This document shows, one piece after another, positions 12,364 to 23,904 of a DNA stretch of 64,000 nucleotides. Position 1 is the stretch's first letter; the number at the start of each line of letters is the position of its first letter. The notes under the pieces were generated by a model. That model was given only the letters and a program-made list of their open reading frames with translations, did not search any database and was not told where the DNA came from. Made by a program: the position numbers and the translations under genes. This DNA comes from Eledone cirrhosa (lineage: Eukaryota): the NCBI GenBank assembly GCA_964016885.1, contig OZ024743.1:308388001-308452000 (forward strand), given 5' to 3'.

Positions 12364-12829
12364 TTAAACAAACACAAATGGATACAGTAAATGAAACAAA
12401 CCAACAAAAAAATTAAAACTACAGAAACATGCAAGGATACATCATTATATTTTGGCAGGTGATGAAGCTGAAGAAGACATTTATTAATTAGAGAAGTGTT
12501 ATATAAACAAATCTGAATATAAGCCAATCTCCTATTTTATGTCTGAGAAATGAACAAAAATCCTTGAATGTAAGTCGACCCCCCCCCCCCCTATTATACC
12601 ATCGATTATTTTTTTTTGTTACACTTCTTGGCTAATATATGAGGACATACAGTGTATACCAGCATTAAATAGCAAAAAAAAACAAAAACTTTGATGCTAA
12701 AAGAGTTTTAAAAAGTCAATTTTTTAAAGTTTGTTCCTGTTGAAATTTAAAAACCATAAAATTGAGCAGTAAGTAATAATTGTTTCTGCATTTTGAAAAA
12801 AGCTAGCAATTTGAAAGGAGGGAGAGAAA

Positions 12830-12990
12830 GCTGATGAAGTCAACCCCCAGTGCATTACTGGTACTTTATTTTAAAAACCCTGTAAGGATGAAAGGCACAA
12901 TTAACCTCGGCAGAATTTGAACTCAGAACATAAAGGGCTGTAATTATAAGCCACAAAACATTGTCTGATGCTCTACCAATACTACCAATA
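12830..12990 (-). mobile_element. SINE (Deu/Nin-like family)
   Basis: Reverse complement of the 262-620 unit (ggtactttatttt..aggatgaaaggc..atttgaactcag). Confidence 0.65.
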
Positions 12991-13539
12991 ATGACTTCTA
13001 CTATTTTTTTATTTCTACTATTTAGTAAGTAATAATAATAAAAAATAGAAAAAGCATATAGGAATTATTGATATCTTGTCATTAGGAGATAATCAATCAC
13101 TTAAAATGATCAGATCAATTAAACCCACTAATTATGAAGGTTATAAATGATCAAATCAAGAAAAACAGTGCTGGTGTCATGAAAAATACATCCAGTACAC
13201 TATGTAAAGTGATTGTGCGAGTATCATGATAAAATGAACCTAGTACACTCTGTAAACCCACCCATTTTAAAGGTTTCCAATTTAAATTAAAATCTGCCAA
13301 CATAATATTATATAAGAACCTTACATTAAGTTACTATCTTAGTAATGAAATAATTAATAATTCAAGTAAATCCCTCAAAACTTTTCATTAATTAATTAAA
13401 ATAGTGTATATTTCATTAGAAATACAGTCATGAAGGGGTTAAGACAATGCGATGGGAGTAAGCTTTATCTATAAGTGAACCTGATGAAAGTAAGGAACAT
13501 GCTTCTATCTTATGAGATCTCTTCAGCGAAGCATTATTC

Positions 13540-13890
13540 ATCATCATCATCATCGTCATTTCATTTTACGTCCACTTTTTCCCTGCTTGCAAGGGTGGGA
13601 CGGGAACTGATTCTGGCTTGATTTCTACAGCTGGATGCCCTTCCTAACACCAACCTCATTTTACAGTGAGTGCTGGGTGCTTTTTTGCCGTGGTACCTCC
13701 ACGACCACTTTGCAGTGGAATGATAGGGACCCCAGTCCCTATCATCTCATTTCTACAGCTGAGTAAACTGGAGCAATGTGAAATAAAGTGTCTTGCTCAA
13801 GGAAACAACACATCACCCGGTCTGAGAATTGAACTCACAACCTTTCGATTGCAAGGCCAATGCTCTAACCACTAAGCCATGTGCCTCCAC
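13540..13890 (-). mobile_element. RTE 3' UTR fragment followed by a minus-strand SINE
   Basis: (CAT)n tail and ctggatgcccttcctaacaccaac as in the copy at 7957, then gtgtcttgctcaagg..aattgaactcac..ctaaccactaagccat (SINE head). Confidence 0.7.
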
Positions 13891-14086
13891 TATTCACTTT
13901 GCAAATTAACGAGACTAAGAATTCCCAGATTTAGATATTGAAAGGGGGAAATAAATAAGGGGAGTGCTCTGCCTGAAGCATATATACACAAATAGAGTAT
14001 GACTGTCATAATATAAAGAATGGGGGGAGGGGAATGCCAATCAACTGAGACTATCCTTGAAATTTCAGGGCCAAATCTCCCTAAGT

Positions 14087-14321
14087 CAGTGGTTCCCAAC
14101 CTTTTCTCTTCCAACAACCCTGCTTTATTTAAAGGAATTTTCCCACGGAATCTGCTCCAACAATAATTAATTCCCTCCCAGATTTTTAAATGGCAAGAAA
14201 AAGAGAGAAATGCTTATATTTAGAGAATAATAGATATCCAATAATATGTATATATTATGTATATTAAAAAAGTACTTGAAATTTTCAACAAAGCTCATGG
14301 ACCTCAAATTTAGAATTACTA
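14087..14321. mobile_element. hAT-type MITE
   Basis: Starts CAGTGGTTCCCAACC, like the hAT TIR at 32574. Perfect 8-bp TSD CCCTAAGT at 14079-14086 and 14322-14329. Right TIR is degenerate. Confidence 0.75.
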
Positions 14322-14337
14322 CCCTAAGTATGTTCGT

Positions 14338-14814
14338 ATGAAGATTATGAATGTGGGTGGGAAGCCACTAGAGCTGATTGAAGACTTCCTGTGTCTCGGA
14401 GCAAAAATTGGGAACAGAGAGGATGATGTGGTGGAGAGGAAGAGCAAAGCCTGGGCAGCATGTCACAGTTTGAGGTCGGTGTGGAAGTCAGACCTTCGTA
14501 AAGACCTGATGATCTGTTTCGTCACTACAATGGAATCTGTGCTGCTGTATGGGTCTGAGACTTGGACACTGACCAAGAGACTCACTCAGATGGTGGATGG
14601 GTGCTACACAAGAATGCTGAGGATGGCTCTGAACATTAATCAGTATACACTGAGGATGAAGAACTCAGAGCTGTACGGGACCCTCCCAAAAGTCAGCTTG
14701 AAAGTGACACAGAAGAGATTGAGGTTAGCTGAACATGCTCACCGACATTCAGAGTTGACACTGCACTCAGTGGTCCTGTGGGAGCCCCTATACAGACACA
14801 CTGGAAGAGGGTGA
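14338..14814 (+). mobile_element. RT C-terminal fragment of a different RTE-like LINE
   Basis: EDFLCLG..ESVLLYGSETWTLTK..DGCYTRMLRMAL..RLRLAEHAHRH..VVLWEP..GRG. Confidence 0.8.
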
Positions 14815-14874
14815 AAAAAATCATTTTTTAGGTTTATAGTTCAAGTTTATAGTGTGTGTGTGTGGGGGGAGGGG

Positions 14875-14990
14875 GTTAACCCCGCGCTGGACAGGTGTCC
14901 TGTCCAGGGAGAGTCTCGTAATCTGTCGCTTCACGCCACAGAAACCAGGATAAGTACTGGCCTTATGAGCCTTTGGGCTTGAGACAGAAG
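14875..14990 (+). mobile_element. Possible V-SINE-like core fragment
   Basis: aaccccgcgctggacaggtgtcctgtccaggg..gtcgcttcacgccacagaaaccaggataag resembles the V domain, from memory. Confidence 0.4.
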
Positions 14991-15024
14991 ACTAACTTTT
15001 TAAAACGATATTACATGAGTGAAA

Positions 15025-15300
15025 GCACATGACTTAGTGGTTATGCTCAGCTCATGTTCGTAAGGTAGTAAAGTTTGATTTGTGTTATGTCTCTAAGTAA
15101 GACACTTTATTTCATGTTGCTCCAGCCAACTCAGTTAACAAAAATGAGTTAAATCTGTAATGCTGAATCTCCCTGAGAACTACATTGAGGGTACATCTAT
15201 CTGTGTAATCCACAGCCACATGCATGTAATTTCCACAAGCAAGCTGCACCATTGATCAAACAACTGGAACACTCATCATTGAAACTGACAGAGATCCAAC
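15025..15300 (+). mobile_element. SINE (CORE-like family), degenerate
   Basis: catgacttagtggtta..aagacactttatttcatgttgctccag. Confidence 0.65.
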
Positions 15301-15627
15301 ACATATACTACCAAGTAATATGATTACCTTTAAAAGCCTAAGGCATTTAACACAGTTAGAGATTATAGTTAATAGCAGTACAATACAGCTATTTATTTCA
15401 TTGATCTTAGTATAATAGAAGGCAAAATCAACATTGGCACGAGGGGGCAGTGATACAGTATTGAATATCATGTAGTTCTTAACTGTCAGTGCCAACGAGA
15501 CAAACCCACCACTAAGTACTACCAATATATGTAAGTAATGTTCTATTGTAGTTGTTGTACCAATCCATGTTTAACAAGTCTGTTATGATGTCACATCTCA
15601 GAAGTTTCTTAGGTATTTTAATGAAGG

Positions 15628-15940
15628 CTTTGTGGTTAGGGTATTCAGTTCACAATCGTATGTTTGTGAGTTCAATCGGTTGGCCGTGAGTTCAATTCCC
15701 GGTGGCACACTGTGTCCTTGAACAAGACACTTTATTTCACGTTGTTCCAGTCCACTCAGCTGGCAAAAATGAGTTGTATCTGTAATTCGAAGGGCCAGAC
15801 TTGTCACATTCTGTGTCATGCTGAATCTTCCTGAGAACTATATTAAAAGTATGCGTGTTTGCAAGTTAATTTCACAAGCAGGCTGTTCTGTTGATCGTAT
15901 CAACAGGAATATTCAGCGTTGTGACTGATGAAGTACCACT
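15628..15940 (+). mobile_element. SINE (CORE-like family)
   Basis: A box gtggttagg, duplicated B box gagttcaat, then gtgtccttgaacaagacacttta. Confidence 0.75.
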
Positions 15941-16328
15941 ACTACTATGTTTAATGATAGGGTTTCCAGTTATCATGTCACATTTTTCCAGTGACAAAGG
16001 TGAAATTTGACCTCAGAAGGCACAAAACTGGAACAGATCCTGCATGACATCACATATGATGCTCTAAAAATTCAACCAATTCACCATAATGGACTATTAC
16101 TTTTATTTACCAACACTGACAGGATGAAACTGGTTGATAAACATAGTACCACTCCAGGATAATAGATTGTCATAGTTGTTCTGATTCTCAGTAAAGAGAG
16201 AACAAATATTACAAGGCACTTAATACAAAGCTCTATAATTTTATCAATTCACCTGCATATTTTAAGACAACCACATAGTTGATATATTACATGTTATAAA
16301 CAATTGTAGCTTTGGTCTGTAAATACAA

Positions 16329-16480
16329 GCATGGGTGAGCAGTTAAGAAGTTCGCTTTGTAATCAGAAGGTCTCGGGTTCGATTCCACTGTGTGGCATCT
16401 TGGGTAAGAGTCTTTACCATAGCTTCAAGTTGATCTAAGCTTAGTGAGTGAAATTGGGTAGACATAAACTGTATGGAAGT
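16329..16480 (+). mobile_element. Third tRNA-derived SINE family
   Basis: B box gggttcgattcc and tail gtgagtgaaattgggtagac..aaactg; reverse-complement pieces near 18810 and 26610. Confidence 0.55.
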
Positions 16481-16684
16481 CCATCGGATGGATTGTACCT
16501 GTAATTAAAAGGTCCTGCCTCATCACATATTGTGTCACTTTGATTTAGCTTAATGGTACCTGTATTTAGAATACTCAACCACTTATAATACAAGATAGAT
16601 TGTACCTGTAATTCACTGGTGCAGCCATGTAACTTATTGTAGAATGCTGATTCAACTAGGGAATTACACTAAGGGTACTCTCAA

Positions 16685-17015
16685 AGATGCATGGCTTAAT
16701 GGTTAGAGCATTGGGCTTGCAATCAGGAGGTTGTGAGTTCAATTCTCAGACATGGTGATGCATTGTGTCCTTGAGCAAGAGACTTTATTTCATGTTGCTC
16801 CAGTTCACTCAGCTGTAGAAATGAGTTGCGACGTCACTGATGCCAAGCTGTATCAGCCTTTGGCTTTTCCTTGGACAACAATGCTGGCGTGGAAAGGGGA
16901 GGCTGGTATGCATGGGCGACTGCTGGTCTTGCACATACAACTATGCCCGGACTTGTGTCACAGAGGGGAACTTTCTAGGTGCATATCGCATGGTCATTCA
17001 TGACCAAAGGGGGTC
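16685..17015 (+). mobile_element. Full-length tRNA-derived SINE (CORE-like)
   Basis: A box tggcttaatggtt, B box gagttcaattc, CORE-like gtgtccttgagcaagagacttta; 3' part matches 1-245. Confidence 0.8.
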
Positions 17016-17019
17016 TTCT

Positions 17020-17341
17020 GCTCTTGGGTCCCAAATGATAGGTGGGGGAGATGAAATAAGCAGAGGAGTTGGAAAAGTGGTAATTTTTCTAGGTTGTCTC
17101 TGTTGATTTCTTAAAAACCAGAATTAGTCATTTAGTTTACATATTGAGACCCCAACCCATCATATTTATTTTATAATGTATGGGTTTTCTAGTAATGTAC
17201 TTTTTAGGTCATGTATAATATTTTCTAATGTATAAAAAAAAATTAATAAGTGAGGGGTTGGAATAAGAGCCGGGGAGGTTGGAAAAAATCTGAAAACTTT
17301 AATAAATGTAGGGGATGACGATTATTCGAGACCTGAGAATA
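17020..17341. mobile_element. Degenerate TIR MITE (second copy at ~36040-36535)
   Basis: Ends in attattcgagacc(t/c)(g/a)agaatac in both copies, with shared internal ggaataag and ccaacccatc..tttattttataa. Confidence 0.5.
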
Positions 17342-17595
17342 CATGTGTATGTGGAATACTCAGCCACTTACAAATTTATTCATGAGTCAGATACAACATC
17401 ACTGTATGGTTTGTTCTTGAATAGTAGGCAACTGTGTGCATCCAGCTCTATCACTGTGCTTTGAAGACCATATGCAATAATGTGGTGGGAGAAATCAAGA
17501 GGCTGAAACAACACCGCCATGGTTTATTTACCATTGCTGCCATTAGTAACAGTTTAGTTAATTGAAAAACTGAATAATCATCATTGTAACTGACA

Positions 17596-17785
17596 ACTCT
17601 ATATTTACTATTGTATTTTCATAATAAAGGCTTTACCTCATATAATATTGAATCTATGAGATTTTGATATTATTTATTTTGAGAACAATACCTTAACATT
17701 GGTATGAGTGGCTAGTTACAGCCAGTTTGACCAGAAAGAGGTGAGAGAATTCTGGCTGGATATGGCCAGTTTAAATGCTGAAGGG
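17596..17785 (-). mobile_element. piggyBac-like MITE family A (one end missing)
   Basis: Matches 10765-10972 and ends AAATGCTGAAGGG|TTAA. Confidence 0.7.
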
Positions 17786-18104
17786 TTAAGAATGATTATA
17801 ATATTATTTATTAAATCATCACTAATTCAAAGTTGCAAAGAAACATATCTGGCAGAATAATATATCTTAAGAAATTTATTATATGGAATTGCAACCTATT
17901 ATCACCATGACCGTTTAAAGTCCATTTTCCCATACTAGCATGGGTTAGACAAATTGCTCGTTGTGAGATAAGCCAGGTCTGAGGACCATGTCTTGCTCAT
18001 ACAGAACTGATTTGGGCTTGGTTTCTACAGCTAACACCAACTATAATTACAGTGTGTGCTGGGTGCTTTTTGTTGTCCATTAGGGGGAGGGAGGAGCTAT
18101 TTAA

Positions 18105-18574
18105 CCCTTTTAATACAGACCTGACCAAACTGACTCTGGTTCTGTGAAGCAAAACCACTCATTTTGAAGGGTTTCTAATAAAAATAAAATCTTCCAACAT
18201 TTAATTATATAAGAACCTTTTCTTAAGTAATATTAAAAATTGCATCTTAATATTGAAATAATTTTAATAAATCCTTCTAAACTGTTCAGTAACTAATGCA
18301 AATACTGTGTATTTCAGTGGAAACATGATAGTGAAAGGGTTAACCCTTTTGTTACCAATCTTGCCCAAACCACCTCTGGTCATTTGATATAAAGTCACTC
18401 ATTTTAAAGGTTTCCAATTTAAATAAAAATCTTCCAACATAATTTTATATAAGAACCTTATATTAAGTTACTATCTTAGTAATGAAATAATTAATAATTT
18501 TAGTAAATCCTTCAAAATTCTTCATTAATTAATTGAAATAGAGTGTATTTCATTAGAAATGCAGTCATGAAAAG
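18105..18574 (+). mobile_element. Two head-to-tail piggyBac-like MITEs (family B) sharing one TTAA
   Basis: TTAA(18101)|CCCTTT..AAAGGG|TTAA(18340)|CCCTTT..AAAAG|TTAA(18575). Confidence 0.8.
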
Positions 18575-19062
18575 TTAAATGATGATGGTAATGAGTGGTT
18601 GGAAAACATGGAATATAGCTCTGTCTGTATCAACAATGAGTGTTCCAGTCATTCGATCTATGGAACAGCTTCTGCATGAAATTAATGTGTAAGTGGCTGA
18701 ACATTCCACAGCCACATGTACTTTAATTCTAAAGGAGATTCAGCAAGACACAGTGTCTGACGAGGGTGGTTCTTTGAATTACAAGTACAACCCATCCACC
18801 AGGTTTCTAAGCAGTTTCTATCTACACAATTTCACTCACAAGGCTTGAGTCAGTGACAATTGCTAAAAGTGCTATGCAGTTGGATTGAACATGGGACCTT
18901 ATGATTGAAAATGAACTTCTTGATCATTTGGCTTTGTTGCATCCACTGATGATTTGTTAACTATACAGTAGTTGCAGAAATAATAACGGCATATGTGAAA
19001 CTAAATTTATATATAAAGAGGAAAATGCGATGTTGAAGATGTTAGAGTCCTTTACTAATTGA

Positions 19063-19113
19063 GCCGTTATACATATTTCAATGACGATAAATATTGTGTT
19101 TTCTTCAGACAGC
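19063..19113 (-). ncRNA. Type I hammerhead ribozyme motif (left arm)
   Basis: Minus strand reads GCTGT-CTGAAGA-aaacacaatatttatcgtcatt-GAAA-TATGTA-TA-ACGGC; stem II is weaker than in the right arm. Confidence 0.6.
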
Positions 19114-19249
19114 AAAAATTGATTAAAAGGTAACATTTCTGAGGCAATTGTGTGTGGAAGGAAGCGGACTAAAAGTGTGTTTTTGCTCTGAGTGTCCGCT
19201 CCCTTCCACATAAAATAGCCTCAGAAATGTTACCTTTTAATCAATTTTT

Positions 19250-19300
19250 GCTGTCTGAAGAAATCACGATATTTATCGTCATTGAAATATATATAACGGC
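19250..19300 (+). ncRNA. Type I hammerhead ribozyme motif (right arm)
   Basis: Stem I GCUGU/ACGGC, core CUGAAGA, stem II AAUCACGAUA/UAUCGUCAUU, GAAA, minimal palindromic stem III UAUAUA, UA cleavage site. Confidence 0.75.
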
Positions 19301-19433
19301 TCAATCAATAAAGGACTCTAACATCTTCAACTTCGCATGTTCATCTTTATTAATATACTCTGTCATCCCTGTTTTTAGGAAGTAATATGACGTTGAGTGC
19401 TTGAATTAAATTGCATCCTTGTATACCAAATTT

Positions 19434-19767
19434 GTATATATATATATATATAGAGAGAGAGATATAGATAAATAGATAGATATGTATATTTATATATATA
19501 GAGAGAGATATGTATATGTATATATATATATGTATATATAGATATGTATATGTATATATGTATAGATATGTATATGTATATATATAGATATATACATAGA
19601 GAGAGAGAGAGAAAAGCAAAGGGATATTTACTTTGTTGGTAATTCAACAAATATATTTATAACAGATACGAAGCACTGGACAGGTTTTCTGGAGTATAAT
19701 ATCAATGATATTAATAAATGGAAACTGTATTTATTCTATTATATATATATATGTATATATATATGTG

Positions 19768-19810
<43 letters not shown>

Positions 19811-19850
19811 ATGTATATAAATATGTATATTCTCATATATATATATACGT
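19434..19850. repeat. Compound (TA)/(GA)/(TATATG) microsatellites
   Basis: Read directly from sequence; a non-repetitive stretch (~19615-19740) separates two tracts. Confidence 0.85.
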
Positions 19851-19852
19851 AT

Positions 19853-21938
19853 ATCATCATCATCATCATCTTCGTTTAACGTCCGTTTTCCACGCTAGCA
19901 TGGGTTATACGGGAGTTGTCCCACTTGAGGCAAGGCTGGTCGGGTGACCGTTTCTCGCTCATATAGGACTATCTGGCAGGTTTTCTACGGCTGGATGCCC
20001 TTCCTAACACCAACCAGATTTACAGTGTGGAACTGGGAACTTTTTACCGTGTTACCTTCACGGCCACATTACAGTGTGGACTGTGTGTGTGTTTTGTCGT
20101 GACACCTACACGAACTCGATCTGATTTTCTTGTGCTGTTGGTGGGAGTGGGAGGATAGGGTAGGGGTAGTAGATTGGGGTGTATATTTGGTTAAGAGGTG
20201 CCTACTGACTGTAGGTTTCGCTTTGTACATAGGCAAGGCGGGTCTTCTGTATTAATGCGTAGCGCCAAAGGTCTCGGTCCAGAGACATTGTCTTAGAGAG
20301 GTGCAAGTGTGTAAGGTCGGAATTTATCAGATCATCCCAGGTTTTTCTGGGTCTACCTACTTCGTAACTACCATCAATTTTGATCGCCCTGCACTTTTTT
20401 ATGCAGCTGTCGTCTTTCATGCGCATCACGTGACCATACCAACGTAGTCTTCTCTCAAGTAAACAGCATCTGATCCCTCTTATTCCTAATTTCTCACTTA
20501 GTTCATTTATGCTTTGCCGATCACGTATATTACTATTACACATCCAACGGAGCATGCATGCTTCGTTCCTTTCCAGTCTGCGCAGGTCCTCTGCACGTAA
20601 TGCCCATGTCTCACTGCCATGTAGCATTGCTGTTCGTATACAGGCATCATACAATCTGCCTTTCATTTTTAGAGAGAAACCTTTTGTGGCCAACAGCAGT
20701 ATAAGCTCTCTGAACTTTTTCCATCCCGTTCTGACTCTGGCTACTGTACTTTCAGAACACCCTCCACCACTGCTGATTTCGCCACCCAGGTAACGGAAAG
20801 TGTCTACTATTTCTATAGAACCATCTGGGCAATGGAAGGAGCTAGTATCCTTTGGACACTTGCTACTTATTGCACCTGAGCATTGGCCACATATAAAGTC
20901 TACGTTCTTAGATAGTTTACCCGTGATCCCACTACATCTTTTATGTACCCATACTTTGCATTTGGGACATAAAATGGAATTTCTGCCTACTCCTTTCCTA
21001 CACACTGAGCATGGCTATTTCCCTGAAGGCACCTGTGCCCTTTTTTTTTTTTTCTACAAACTAGAACTTTAGTCTTAGACAAGTTAACTTTAAGGCCTTT
21101 TGATTCTAGGCCATGCTTCCATGTTTCAAATTTCTTCTCTAGTTCAGCCATTGATTCAGGTATGAGCGTTAGATCATCTGTATATAGGAGTTCCCATGGG
21201 CAGCCGATCTTGTACTCCTCTGTTATAGCCTGAAGGGCAATAATAAATAAGAGGGGGCTAAGGACAGAGCCTTGTTGAACGCCAACTTTTACACTAAATT
21301 CTTCACAATATTCATTGTTAATTCTAACCTTACTGACTATTTCATTATACATAGCTTTTATAGCTCTCACAAGCCATTCATCAACACCTAGTTTTCTAAG
21401 AGCTTACCAGATAATGGAGCGGCGGACTCTGTCAAAAGCTTTCTCCAGGTCTACAAAAGCTAAGTAGAGGGGTTTACTTTTAGCTAGGTACTTCTCTTGT
21501 AGTTGTCGTACAAGGAAAAGAGCGTCTGTGATACTTTTACCTGGCACAAACCCAAACTGCATTTCATCTAGATCAATTCTCTGATTAGTTGCGCTATAAC
21601 TCTTTCTGTGACCTTCATGACCTGGTCAACTAACTTAATACCTCTATAGTTTCCCCTATCTAGAGCATCCCCTTTACCTTTGTAGAAGTTAATGATGATG
21701 CTGCTACGCCAGTCTTTCGGTATGACCCCATTCTGTATTACTTGGTTAACTACACGGGTGACCATAGTGTGTCCCACTGTACCAGATGCCTTCTCAGCAA
21801 CTATCTCCGAAGACCCAGCTGCCTTGCCTGTCTTCATATCTTTGATTGCCTTACTTATTATACTACCTTTAACTTGCACCGCTGGTCCTTCTATTGGATT
21901 GATTTGGGGCAGACTATCTTTTTCCCATTTATTCTCCT
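19853..21938 (-). mobile_element. 5'-truncated RTE LINE (related subfamily) with PHD-like finger
   Basis: ORF pieces NYRGIKL, VQQGSVLSP, LLYTDDL, CRKGVGRNSILCPKCKVWVHKRCSG..CGQC, RWYGHV; (ATC)n tail at 19853. Confidence 0.92.
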
Positions 21939-21939
21939 G

Positions 21940-21968
21940 TAACCCTACCCCTAACCCTAACCCTAACC
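21940..21968 (-). repeat. Short interstitial (TTAGGG)n tract, ~5 units
   Basis: taaccctacccctaaccctaaccctaacc. Confidence 0.85.
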
Positions 21969-22499
21969 GCACGATCGGGTATCCAGCCCGATTATTTCGA
22001 TGTCCCCGCGCATATATATACATATGTATACATGTATATACATATATACACATATGTATATATCATCATCATCGTTTAATGTCCATCTTCCACGCTAGCA
22101 TGGGTTAGACGGGTTTGTCCCAAATATGTATATTTCTATATGTATTTATGTTCATAGATGGAACAAAGGTGTTGCTCAAGGTTTCAAGGCTCAAATTTGA
22201 CCATACCTCCAGAAAACAAGCAGCATCAAAATAATGACCTTTCTTCAGGCGCTTGTATGAGTTGGGTAGTGCCTATGTTCTGTGTATGAACATAAATAAA
22301 TATTTCTGCTCTCTTCCCGATTGAGAACTGTTTTTCTTTTCACTTCTACAGATAATTAATACATATATATATATATATATGTAGAGGTTATATTTAATTT
22401 GTTGGGATACAACAAGCAAAATATTTTTATAACTGATATAAAGCACTCAACAAATTATTGGAGTAAATATACAATATATTAACAAATGGAAACTATATT

Positions 22500-22565
22500 T
22501 ATTTCATTATACATATTTCAAGGGCCACCAAGGCAAACTATGGTGCGCTTTCATCAGATAAAATA
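22500..22565 (-). ncRNA. Type I hammerhead ribozyme motif (left arm)
   Basis: Exact reverse complement of 22711-22776. Confidence 0.72.
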
Positions 22566-22710
22566 TAATATAGGTTAGTTTTATAAATAAATATTGACAT
22601 ACCTTGAAAAAATGCAACCATTCTGATTGGAATCTCCTGGAGATTCCAACCAGAATGGTTGCATTTTTTCAGGGTATGTCAATATTTATTTATAAAACTA
22701 ACCTATATTA

Positions 22711-22776
22711 TATTTTATCTGATGAAAGCGCACCATAGTTTGCCTTGGTGGCCCTTGAAATATGTATAATGAAATA
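22711..22776 (+). ncRNA. Type I hammerhead ribozyme motif (right arm)
   Basis: 8-bp stem I UAUUUUAU/AUGAAAUA, core CUGAUGA, imperfect stem II AAGCGCACCA/UGGUGGCCCUU, GAAA, UAUGUA, UA cleavage site. Confidence 0.72.
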
Positions 22777-23361
22777 AATATGGTTTTATAAATATAGTTT
22801 CCATTTGTTAATATATTGTATATATATATATATATATATATGTTGGAGGTTAAAAAGGAAAGGAAATTATAATTTCTAAAAAGAGTGCGACAAATAAAAA
22901 AAATTTTTGTTTTACTTAAATAGACTGTTAAAGGTAAAGAGTACTGCATACTTATCTACAATTATATGCACCAAATAACAATAATAATAAACATTTATGT
23001 ACATTTAATACTGAAAGAAGAAATAGAAGATATGTTATATAACAGCTTGTCCTGCTAAACTTTCTGAATGCATCAAAGCATGCAACAACATTCCAGTTTC
23101 ATGTGTAAATTAAAGTTTAAAAAAAAAACGATGAAAAAATGAAAACAAACCATAATTCTTTACAATACATAACAATAATACTAATAATCATAATACTAAT
23201 AATCATAATAATACTAATAATACATAATAAAGAGGAAAGAAAGAGAAAAGAAATGAATAAATCAAAATAAAATTAAGATGATACAAGGAAGCACTTTGAC
23301 ATTAGTTGACTAAGGCGGAAAAATGAAAAATCCAAAATAATGAAGAAGTGGAAATATTTAC

Positions 23362-23505
23362 CATCAGGAGAACATCCAAATTCATCGGAACCATCACCAC
23401 ACTGGGGAACTCCATCACAGACATATTCCAATTTAATGCAATCTACGCCAATACTTTCAGAGATTCTTTTTTCACATTCAAAGTGTTTTTTGTTACACTT
23501 TCTTC
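23362..23505 (-). CDS. Exon encoding an LDL-receptor class A repeat (LRP11-like gene)
   Basis: CNKKHFECE..CIKLEYVCDGVPQCGDGSDEFGC; acceptor ttttccag and donor gtaaat; 144 bp, phase 1-1. Confidence 0.9.
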
Positions 23506-23577
23506 CTGGAAAATGGAACAATATAATTAAACTTTGAGAATTTCAAAAAAATCATTTCTTGTGTTGAAACTGATTAA

Positions 23578-23792
23578 CCCTTTAACATTTAAACTGGCCA
23601 TATCTGTCCAGAATTCTCTCACCTCTTTCTGTTCAAACCAGCTGTAACCAGCCGCTCATACTGACATTAAAGTATTGTTCTCAAAATAAATATCAAAATC
23701 TCATAGATTCGATATGTGAGATAATTATGTGAGGTAAAACCTTTTCCATGAAAATATAATAGTATATATAGAGTAATGGAAATGCTAAAGGG
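23578..23792 (+). mobile_element. piggyBac-like MITE family A
   Basis: TTAA|CCCTTTAACATTT ... AAATGCTAAAGGG|TTAA. Confidence 0.85.
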
Positions 23793-23904
23793 TTAATGAC
23801 CATATTTCTAATGAAACAATCTATTTTAATAAATTAATAAAGAATTTTCAGGGACTTACTAAAATTATTATTTCATTACTACGTTAGTAGCTTGTTGTCA
23901 GAAG

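Larger units (their letters stand above)
19013..19350. repeat. Fold-back inverted repeat, ~157-bp arms, ~24-nt loop
   Basis: 19013-19169 is the reverse complement of 19194-19350 with scattered mismatches. Confidence 0.95.
22467..22823. repeat. Near-perfect palindrome, ~170-bp arms, 1-nt loop at 22638
   Basis: ..ggaatctcc-t-ggagattcc..; the right arm has a 14-bp extra segment (aaatatggttttat). Confidence 0.95.

Noticed and set aside
16329-16400. tRNA gene
   Set aside because: It has A/B-box-like motifs but no convincing cloverleaf and runs into a repeated SINE body; the same applies at 437, 15628 and 16685.
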